Origin: an uncultured Clostridia bacterium
Lineage (GTDB): Bacteria > CAYTYR01 > UBA6262
Length of the DNA stretch: 64,000 bases
NCBI GenBank assembly: GCA_964441745.1
Contig: CAYTYR010000007.1
Coordinates: forward strand, 1 to 64,000
Direction of reading: 5' to 3'
The position numbers and the translations under genes were made by a program. Every line of letters begins with the position of its first letter. Position 1 is the stretch's first letter. The notes under the pieces were generated by a model. It saw only the letters and a program-made list of their open reading frames with translations. It was not told the origin of the DNA and ran no database searches. Positions 56,699 to 64,000 of the stretch are shown piece after piece.

Positions 56699-56700
56699 GA

Positions 56701-56818
56701 AAGTCTTTGGGTGTTAGGTTAGGAAATAAGTTTGGTCTTAGGTCTATGGATGTTGGGCTCTAAACTATAAACTTTAGACTTACTTCTATACCTACTTCCA
56801 CAACTAACAACTTACTTC
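56701..56818 (-). repeat. Family A copy 4 (inverted)
   Basis: Reverse complement GAAGTAGGTATAGAAGTAAGTCTAAAG...AGACCTAAGACCAAACTTA matches copy 1. Confidence 0.85.
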
Positions 56819-56834
56819 GTTTTTTGGAGGGGCG

Positions 56835-57341
56835 ATGTTATTAACCGGTAAAGCCAGGAAGTTTTCACAGGAAGACGATATTAATACAGACTATATTATC
56901 AGCGGCCGCTATAAATTCAAGATCCAGGATCCGAATGAATTAGCGACCCATGTCATGGAAGACCTGGATCCCGGTTTTTTCCAAAGAAGGCAGGATGGTG
57001 ATTTTATCGTGGCCGGCAAAAATTTTGGCTGCGGCTCATCCCGGGAACAAGCGCCCCAGGCGATCAAATATGCCAAGATCAGCGCCATAATGGCTAAAAG
57101 CTTTGCCCGCATTTTTTACCGTAACGCTTTTAATATAGGACTGCCGTTAATAGAATGCGATACTGACCAGATCAAAGAAGGCGATGAATTATCAGTAGAT
57201 CTTTCCAGCGGCGTTGTGGTCAATAAAACGCAAAATATTAATCTGGCGATCAAACCGCTCCCGCCGGTCATGCTGACTTTGCTTGAGGACGGCGGTTTGG
57301 TTGAACATATCAAGAAGCATAAAGGGTTTGCCTTAAAATAA
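56835..57341 (+). CDS. Isopropylmalate dehydratase/homoaconitase-family small subunit
   Basis: INTDYII, NFGCGSSREQAP, FARIFYRN. Confidence 0.93.
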   Translation: MLLTGKARKFSQEDDINTDYIISGRYKFKIQDPNELATHVMEDLDPGFFQRRQDGDFIVAGKNFGCGSSREQAPQAIKYAKISAIMAKSFARIFYRNAFNIGLPLIECDTDQIKEGDELSVDLSSGVVVNKTQNINLAIKPLPPVMLTLLEDGGLVEHIKKHKGFALK

Positions 57342-57408
57342 AATAAAAGCTCACGAAGTTCGCTTCTAATCAGGCTGAACATACTGAAGCCAGTTTAAGG
57401 AGTAGCGC

Positions 57409-58356
57409 ATGGCTGTAAATAAAAGCACGATTCTTACTGTAGATGATAACCGGGATATTTTAGATGTGCTGAGACTGACCTTGGAAAGCGAAGGTTATGA
57501 GGTCAAAGAAGCGCTTAATGGCAAGGAAGCAATAGCCCGGGTTAAAGAAAATCCTCCTGACCTGATTGTGCTTGATTACATGATGCCGGAAATGAATGGG
57601 CATGAAGTCGCGCGCATATTAAAAACCGATATCCTGTACCGGCATATCCCGATCATTATGCTGACGGCTAAGGGCGATGTGCAGGATAAGGTTAAAGGTA
57701 TTGAATCTGGCGTAGACGATTATGTGGTAAAACCGTTTGAGCCGATCGAATTATTAGCCAGGGTAAAAATGATCTTGCGGCGCACTATGACCTCGCTGGA
57801 TGCGAATCCGCTGACCAAGCTGCCGGGCAATGTTTCCATTAAACAGGAACTGCAAAAAAGGCTGGATAATCATGAAAGAATGGCAGTCTGCCACATTGAC
57901 TTGCGCCAATTTAAAGCTTTTAATGATAAATATGGTTTTGAACACGGTGATAAGGTTATCAAGTTTACTGGAGACCTGATCGCAGGAACAGTCAAGGAAC
58001 TGGGTAAAGAGACAGATTTTGCCGGACATATCGGAGGAGATGACTTTGTCATTATCTGTGGCCCGGATATCGTTGATAAAATGTGCCAGGAAGTGATCAA
58101 CCGTTTTGACCAGGGGATACCCAGGTTTTATTCAGAAGAAGACCGGGCGCGCAGTTATATCATCAGCCATGACCGCAAAGGGAATATCAATAAATTCCCG
58201 ATTATGACTATTTATATAGCGGTGGTGACTAATGAACGGATCAGCCTGGAGTGTCCTGAAGAAATAAGCGAAATTGGCGCAGATTTGGGCGCTTATGCCA
58301 AGACCTTCAGTAAGAGTATCTATATTAAGGACCGGAGAGCAGATCCCGGCAAATAG
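57409..58356 (+). CDS. Response regulator with GGDEF-family domain (GGDDF)
   Basis: VDD, LDYMMP receiver; NPLTKLPGN, FNDKYG, HIGGDDF. Confidence 0.88.
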   Translation: MAVNKSTILTVDDNRDILDVLRLTLESEGYEVKEALNGKEAIARVKENPPDLIVLDYMMPEMNGHEVARILKTDILYRHIPIIMLTAKGDVQDKVKGIESGVDDYVVKPFEPIELLARVKMILRRTMTSLDANPLTKLPGNVSIKQELQKRLDNHERMAVCHIDLRQFKAFNDKYGFEHGDKVIKFTGDLIAGTVKELGKETDFAGHIGGDDFVIICGPDIVDKMCQEVINRFDQGIPRFYSEEDRARSYIISHDRKGNINKFPIMTIYIAVVTNERISLECPEEISEIGADLGAYAKTFSKSIYIKDRRADPGK

Positions 58357-58359
58357 AAG

Positions 58360-58501
58360 AAGTTGATAGTTCCCTCCCAGCAAACGTTGGCGGGCAGGCA
58401 TTGTTGATAGTTGATAGAAAAAGCTAAAAGACCGTTCGTGGTTTGTGGTTCGTCATTGGTCGTTTTAATCTGTGAAATCTCTCTTAATAATCTGTGTAAT
58501 C
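58360..58501. repeat. Composite spacer: heptamer arrays, REP-like hairpin and family C right half
   Basis: AGTTGAT units around CCCTCCCAGCAAACGTTGGCGGGCAGG (58372-58398); GTTCGTG GTTTGTG GTTCGTC; AATCTGTGAAATC and AATCTGTGTAATC. Confidence 0.7.
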
Positions 58502-58521
58502 GTTTCTAAAAGGAGAATAAA

Positions 58522-59577
58522 TTGTCTAAAGAATACAATGTAACACTCATACCCGGCGATGGCATTGGCCAGGAGATAAGCGCCGCGGCACAGCTGGTCT
58601 TGTCAGCAACCGGCGTAAAAATTAACTGGGATGTACAGGAAGCTGGCAGTGAGGTTATAGAAAAATACGGTACGCCATTACCGGAAACAGTCCTGGCATC
58701 CGTACGCAAAAATAAAGTTGCCCTGAAAGGGCCTTTGACCACGCCGATCGGCACGGGCTTCCGCAGTGTCAATGTGGCTTTGCGGAAGGAACTTGACCTT
58801 TATGCCTGTCTTCGCCCCTGTAAATCGATTACCGGGGTGAAATCGTTATATCAGGACATTGACCTGGTTGTGGTCAGGGAGAATACCGAGGATTTGTATG
58901 CCGGAGTTGAATATGCCAGCGGATCCCCGGAAGCAGATGAAATAATTAAACGGGCCAAAGGTAAGATCCGGGCCGGCGCCGCTATCAGTATTAAACCTAT
59001 CAGCAAAGAAGGAACACAGCAGATAGTCGAATTTGCTTTTACTTATGCGCTCAAACATAAACGTAAAAAAGTCACTGCGGTGACCAAAGCTAACATCATG
59101 AAATACACAGATGGTTTGTTTTTGGATACCGCCAGGGAAGTCGCGAAAAAATATCCGCAGGTGGAATATGAAGAGCGGTTAGTGGATAATATGTGCATGC
59201 AGTTGGTGCAAAAGCCGGAGTTGTATGATGTCCTGGTCTTGCCCAACCTGTATGGTGATATACTTTCAGACTTGTGTGCCGGTCTGGTCGGCGGATTAGG
59301 CGTGGCTCCCGGCGCTAATTTTGGTAAGGACATTGCTGTTTTTGAAGCGGTCCATGGCAGCGCGCCAAAGTATAAAGGAATGAATAAAGTTAATCCCACT
59401 GCGCTTATATTGTCAGGCGCTTTGATGCTGGATTATCTCGGCGAAAAGGAAAAGAGCGAGCAACTTTATAAAGCTGTAATGAAAACCATCAAAGAGAAAA
59501 AAGCGGTTACTTATGATCTGGGTGGTACTGCTGGTACCAGCCGGATGGCAGATGAAATTATCAGAAACCTTAAATAA
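58522..59577 (+). CDS. icd: Isocitrate dehydrogenase (IDH/IPMDH family)
   Basis: [37 protein letters not shown]. Confidence 0.85.
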   Translation: MSKEYNVTLIPGDGIGQEISAAAQLVLSATGVKINWDVQEAGSEVIEKYGTPLPETVLASVRKNKVALKGPLTTPIGTGFRSVNVALRKELDLYACLRPCKSITGVKSLYQDIDLVVVRENTEDLYAGVEYASGSPEADEIIKRAKGKIRAGAAISIKPISKEGTQQIVEFAFTYALKHKRKKVTAVTKANIMKYTDGLFLDTAREVAKKYPQVEYEERLVDNMCMQLVQKPELYDVLVLPNLYGDILSDLCAGLVGGLGVAPGANFGKDIAVFEAVHGSAPKYKGMNKVNPTALILSGALMLDYLGEKEKSEQLYKAVMKTIKEKKAVTYDLGGTAGTSRMADEIIRNLK

Positions 59578-59582
59578 AAGCG

Positions 59583-59609
59583 CCTGCCCGCCAATGTCTG
59601 TTGGGCGGG
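59583..59609. repeat. REP-like hairpin with CCTG foot
   Basis: CCTGCCCGCCAATGTCTGTTGGGCGGG; near reverse complement of 58372-58398. Confidence 0.7.
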
Positions 59610-59630
59610 GTAGAGTAGTAGAGGGGTAAG

Positions 59631-60875
59631 ATGAAGAAAGAAAAAATAGATTATAAAAAAGCCGCGATAGAACTGCATAAAAAACTGCGTGGCAAGATTG
59701 CAGTGGTCAGTAAGAGCCTGGTGACCAAAGACACCCTGGGATTATTGTATACGCCAGGGGTAGCGGAACCTTGCCGCCAGATAGCCTTAAAAAAAGAACT
59801 GGTCTACAACTATACCTCCCGGCATAATATGATCGCTATAGTAAGTGATGGCAGTGCGGTTCTGGGCTTGGGTAATATTGGACCGGAAGCTGGTTTACCG
59901 GTCATGGAAGGAAAAGCTATCCTGTTCAAGACTTTTGGCGGGGTGGATGCTTTCCCGATCTGTCTGGCGACCCAGGATACGGAGGAGATTATTAAAACCG
60001 TAAAATACCTGGCGCCAAGCTTCGGCGGAATAAACCTGGAAGATATTTCCGCGCCGCGCTGTTTTGAAGTGGAAAAAAGGCTGATCGCGGAAACTGATAT
60101 CCCTATTTTTCATGATGACCAGCATGGCACGGCGGTAGTGGTATTAGCTGGTTTGATCAATGTTTTTAGAATGGATAAACGTAAGATCAGCAATGTAAAG
60201 ATTGTGGTCAACGGCGCCGGGGCAGCGGGTATAGCCATTACGAAGTTCTTATTAAAGTATGGGTTTAAGCATATTATCTTGTGTGACCGTCATGGGGCTA
60301 TTTACAAAGAACGCAGGGAGGGCATGAACCCGGTTAAGGATGAAATGGCCAAGTTTACCAATCTGGATAACGAAAGAGGTGAATTGAAAGACATTATTCA
60401 AGGAGCTGATGTGTTTTTAGGTGTTTCTGTAGCTGACGCGCTCACTCCGGAGATGGTCAGGTCCATGGCTAAGGATCCGGTCATTTTTGCCATGGCTAAT
60501 CCTGATCCAGAAATACTTCCGCCTGCGGCTAAAAGCGCCGGGGCAAAATATATCGCTACCGGTCGCAGTGATTTTGCCAATCAGATCAATAATGTTTTGG
60601 CTTTCCCGGGTATTTTCCGGGGTACACTGTCTGTGCGGGCCAGGGTAATAAATGATGAAATGAAAATAGCTGCCAGCCTGGCTATCAGCAGCCTGATTTC
60701 TGATAAAGAATTGTCACCTGAATATTTTATCCCCAAGGCTTATGACCTGCGGATCGCTCCTAAAGTAGCCAGGTTTGTGGCTGAAGAAGCGATCAGGACT
60801 GAAGTAGCCAGGATCAATAAAACCGGCGCCCAGGTGGAAAAAGAAGCGAGGAAGCTAATAGAAGGAAATAAATGA
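59631..60875 (+). CDS. Malic enzyme
   Basis: YTPGVAEPC, GLPVMEGK, FHDDQHGT, NGAGAAG, NNVLAFPGIFRG. Confidence 0.95.
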   Translation: MKKEKIDYKKAAIELHKKLRGKIAVVSKSLVTKDTLGLLYTPGVAEPCRQIALKKELVYNYTSRHNMIAIVSDGSAVLGLGNIGPEAGLPVMEGKAILFKTFGGVDAFPICLATQDTEEIIKTVKYLAPSFGGINLEDISAPRCFEVEKRLIAETDIPIFHDDQHGTAVVVLAGLINVFRMDKRKISNVKIVVNGAGAAGIAITKFLLKYGFKHIILCDRHGAIYKERREGMNPVKDEMAKFTNLDNERGELKDIIQGADVFLGVSVADALTPEMVRSMAKDPVIFAMANPDPEILPPAAKSAGAKYIATGRSDFANQINNVLAFPGIFRGTLSVRARVINDEMKIAASLAISSLISDKELSPEYFIPKAYDLRIAPKVARFVAEEAIRTEVARINKTGAQVEKEARKLIEGNK

Positions 60876-61705
60876 AAAAAATATTAGCCAAAACTATTAC
60901 CGAAAAAATAAAATCAGCATATATAAACTCTTGTGTAGTTGCGGATTCTGAGTTAATAGCGCTGCTTAAAAAAGCGGTCAGAAATGAAACCAATAAAAAC
61001 GCCAGGAATGTTCTTGGATTGATCCTTGAAAATTGCCGTATCGCTGAAACTAAAAGAAGGCCGATCTGTCAGGATACGGGAATGGCCGTAGTCTTTGTGG
61101 AAATAGGGCAGAATGTGCTTATTACCGGCGGTGATCTGGAACAGGCGATACATCAAGGAATAGGGCTCGCTTGCCAGGAGGGGTACTTGAGAGCATCAGT
61201 GGTCGATCCCTTGAACCGTAAAAATACCAACAATAATACGCCCGCGATAATTTATGCTAAAATTGTTCCCGGCAATGCCTTAAGAATAACTGTTGTCCCA
61301 AAAGGTTTCGGCAGCGAGAATATGGGACAAGTGAAAATGCTCCGGCCCGGCGCAGGGATTGACGGTATTATAGAGTTTGTGACTGAAGCAGTGAAAAAAG
61401 CAGGAGCTAATCCCTGCCCCCCGATACTCATCGGGGTAGGCATTGGCGGCACCCTGGATAAGGCGGCGCTGCTGGCTAAAGAAGCCTTATTCGGGATTGG
61501 TAAACAAAGCCCTAAATCACTTAATGACCTGGAGAAAAGATTGCTCCGGGCAGTTAACAAATTAAACATCGGCCCAGCTGGATTGGGTGGGAAGAATACA
61601 GCGTTAAAAGTAAGCGTAAAAACTTATCCTACTCATATTGCCGGACTGCCGGTAGCAATTAATATAGGTTGCTGGTGCCACCGGGCCAAGACAGTAGTCA
61701 TATGA
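60872..61705 (+). CDS. Fe-S fumarate hydratase alpha subunit
   Basis: PICQDTG, PKGFGSEN, NPCPP, PTHIAG. Confidence 0.92.
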   Translation: MKKILAKTITEKIKSAYINSCVVADSELIALLKKAVRNETNKNARNVLGLILENCRIAETKRRPICQDTGMAVVFVEIGQNVLITGGDLEQAIHQGIGLACQEGYLRASVVDPLNRKNTNNNTPAIIYAKIVPGNALRITVVPKGFGSENMGQVKMLRPGAGIDGIIEFVTEAVKKAGANPCPPILIGVGIGGTLDKAALLAKEALFGIGKQSPKSLNDLEKRLLRAVNKLNIGPAGLGGKNTALKVSVKTYPTHIAGLPVAINIGCWCHRAKTVVI

Positions 61706-62241
61706 AAAAAATCAGCGTACAGTGTCCAGAAAAGAATATTATTAAAATAACTCTACCGATCAAGGAATCTGATCTGGCTAAATTAAAAGCCGGGGATGAA
61801 ATTCTCTTGACTGGGACTGTTTATACAGCCAGGGACGCGGCGCACCGGAGAATGGTTAAGAAACTGCCGCTGAATATAAAAGGGGCGGCTATTTATCATA
61901 CCGGTCCGGCGCCGGCTAAACCCGGCGAGGTTATTGGTTCCTGCGGACCGACTACGTCTGCCCGGATGGACCAATATACGCCAACACTATTGCCAAAAGG
62001 CCTGAAAGCGGTTATTGGCAAGGGCCGTTTGAGTGATCAAACCAGGGAGTCTTTTAAAAAGCACCAGGCAGTATATTTTCTTGCTCCAGGCGGGTGCGGG
62101 GCGCTATTGGCCGATAAGGTAAAAAGCATGACCTTGGTAGCGTATCAAGACTTAGGTTGTGAAGCCATCTATCAGTTGGAAATAGAAGATTTCCCCGTGA
62201 TCGTTGGGATTGATCCTAAAGGACGGAGCGTATATCATTAA
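61702..62241 (+). CDS. Fe-S fumarate hydratase beta subunit
   Basis: TARDAAH, GPTTSARM, LGCEAI; ATG overlapping the alpha stop. Confidence 0.92.
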   Translation: MKKISVQCPEKNIIKITLPIKESDLAKLKAGDEILLTGTVYTARDAAHRRMVKKLPLNIKGAAIYHTGPAPAKPGEVIGSCGPTTSARMDQYTPTLLPKGLKAVIGKGRLSDQTRESFKKHQAVYFLAPGGCGALLADKVKSMTLVAYQDLGCEAIYQLEIEDFPVIVGIDPKGRSVYH

Positions 62242-62684
62242 TGACCGAGAGAACCCTGATCATAGTTAAACCTGATTCCCTGAGTAAAAGGGTCGGAGGA
62301 AAAGTACTGAATGCTTTAGAATCGTGCGGCTTACAGCTGGTGGCCTGCAAAATGCTGCAATTATCCAGGCCCAGCGCCGAAGATTTTTACGGGGAACATA
62401 AGGGTAAAGAATTTTATGAACCACTGGTTGCATTTATGTCCAGTAATCCCTGCATCGTCACTGTTTGGGAAGGCGAAGGGGCGATCAAGAAAGCCAGGGA
62501 AGTCATCGGCGCGACAGATCCGGCTCAGGCTAATGACGCCACGATCAGGAAAATGTATGCTACTGATAACCGCCATAACGCGGTGCATGGCTCAGACAGC
62601 CTTAAATCAGCGGCACGGGAAATAGCCTTTTTCTTTAATCACGAAGAGATTTTCCCCTGGACTGAGAAAGTATACAAAAAATAG
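62241..62684 (+). CDS. ndk: Nucleoside diphosphate kinase
   Basis: ERTLIIVKPD, IGATDP, NAVHGSDS. Confidence 0.96.
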   Translation: MTERTLIIVKPDSLSKRVGGKVLNALESCGLQLVACKMLQLSRPSAEDFYGEHKGKEFYEPLVAFMSSNPCIVTVWEGEGAIKKAREVIGATDPAQANDATIRKMYATDNRHNAVHGSDSLKSAAREIAFFFNHEEIFPWTEKVYKK

Positions 62685-62730
62685 GTCTTCAAACCAAACT
62701 TACTTCCAAACCAAATACCCAAAGACTTAA
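62685..62730. repeat. Family A right half (copy 5)
   Basis: ACCAAACTTACTTCCAAACCAAATACCCAAAGACTT; matches the end of inverted copy 4. Confidence 0.75.
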
Positions 62731-62745
62731 TTGAAAAGGTGTGAT

Positions 62746-63975
62746 ATGAAGATTCTTGTTTTAAATTGCGGTTCTTCCAGTATTAAATACCAATTTATCA
62801 GCATGACTACGGAAAAAGTACTGGCGAAGGGGCAGATCGAGCGCATTGGTACTAATCAGGCTGTCCTGACCCATTATTTTGAGGATGGCAAGAGCGCCAA
62901 GGTCGTAAGCGATATCCCGGATCATAACAAGGCCATCGAGGTCGTGATCAGTACCTTGACCAATGCCGATTACGGGGTTATCAGAGATAAGCAGGAGATC
63001 AAGGCGATCGGGCACCGGGTGGTGCATGGCGGTGAAAAATTCGCCAGCAGTGTGTTTATTACCGACGAAGTGAAAGATAAGATACATGATTGCATAGAAC
63101 TGGCTCCTTTGCACAATCCACATAATTTTCGCGGGATCAACGCCTGTGGTGAATTACTGCCGGGTGTGCCGCAAGTTGCCGTCTTTGATACTGCTTTTCA
63201 CCAGACTATGCCGGCGCCAAGCTATTTATACGCCTTACCTTATAGCGAATACCAGGTCCACAATATCAGGCGGTACGGATTTCACGGGACCAGCCACAGG
63301 TATGTCAGCGAGCGGGCGGCTAAATTAATGAAGACCCGCCCTGACCAGATCAAAGTCATCACCTGCCATTTGGGCAACGGCTGCAGTATCTCAGCGATAG
63401 ACAAGGGTAAATCAGTTGATACCTCCATGGGCTTTACCCCGCTGGAAGGATTGGTTATGGGCACCCGCTGTGGCGATATTGACCCGGCCATAATCTTTTA
63501 TATCGCCTCTAAACAAGGTCTTTCGGTCAGTGAAATAGACAATTTATTGAACAAGCATAGCGGCCTGGATGGAATTAGCGGTATTTCCAATGATATGCGG
63601 GAGATCCTGAAACAGATGAATGCCGGCAATGACCGGGCTAAACTGGCGGTGGATATATTTTGCTATCGTTTAAAAAAATATATTTGCTCTTATTACGGCA
63701 TCATGAACGGGGCCGACGCGCTTATTTTTACCGCCGGCATAGGGGAAAATGCGGACCAGATCCGGGAAATTACCTGTACGGGACTGGAATGTATCGGGAT
63801 CAAGATTGACCCGGCTAAGAATAAAAATGCCAATGGCACAGAAACCTTAATATCCGCGAAATCATCGAAAATGGATATTTTTGTGATCCCGACGAATGAA
63901 GAGCTGATCATTGCGCGCGATACCAAGAAAATAGTGGATAATATGAACAAAGCAAATAAAGATAAAACGGAGTAG
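62746..63975 (+). CDS. ackA: Acetate kinase
   Basis: LVLNCGSSSIK, GHRVVHGG, YGFHGTSH, HLGNG, PTNEE. Confidence 0.97.
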   Translation: MKILVLNCGSSSIKYQFISMTTEKVLAKGQIERIGTNQAVLTHYFEDGKSAKVVSDIPDHNKAIEVVISTLTNADYGVIRDKQEIKAIGHRVVHGGEKFASSVFITDEVKDKIHDCIELAPLHNPHNFRGINACGELLPGVPQVAVFDTAFHQTMPAPSYLYALPYSEYQVHNIRRYGFHGTSHRYVSERAAKLMKTRPDQIKVITCHLGNGCSISAIDKGKSVDTSMGFTPLEGLVMGTRCGDIDPAIIFYIASKQGLSVSEIDNLLNKHSGLDGISGISNDMREILKQMNAGNDRAKLAVDIFCYRLKKYICSYYGIMNGADALIFTAGIGENADQIREITCTGLECIGIKIDPAKNKNANGTETLISAKSSKMDIFVIPTNEELIIARDTKKIVDNMNKANKDKTE

Positions 63976-64000
63976 GAATGTACAAAATACTTAATAAGCG

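Overview
Core-chromosome window of a probably diderm, probably anaerobic bacterium; lineage not determinable from sequence alone. Nearly all genes are on the + strand in long housekeeping runs: ileS-lspA-lgt-rluA, gmk-rpoZ-coaBC-udg-priA, def-fmt-htpX-rpe, rpsP-khpA-trmD-rplS-rnhB-yraN, comM-dprA-topA-xerC, rpsB-tsf-pyrH-frr-fdx-uppS-cdsA-dxr-rseP-ispG, a glycosylation cluster, and leuCD-like/icd/malic enzyme/fumarase/ndk/ackA. Most unusual is the comM locus (24.1-32.9 kb). Both ends of an intact comM are duplicated as direct repeats enclosing cargo: a HigBA-type TA pair at the 5' end, and a 5.4-kb island of secreted beta-propeller/NlpC-P60 genes plus a double HTH at the 3' end. Each repeat has an identical core and a mostly synonymously diverged edge, and the 3' junction is centred on an att-like dyad with no dedicated integrase nearby. 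Many spacers inside operons hold quasi-palindromes built from 6-, 7- or 9-nt tandem units, some with CCTG-footed REP-like hairpins nested inside. Also seen: a palindromic MITE in the comM leader, three candidate structured RNAs, a motif-degenerate PriA, and a 56-aa ferredoxin missing from the ORF track. No tRNA, rRNA or CRISPR array was recognised. All comparisons were made by eye.
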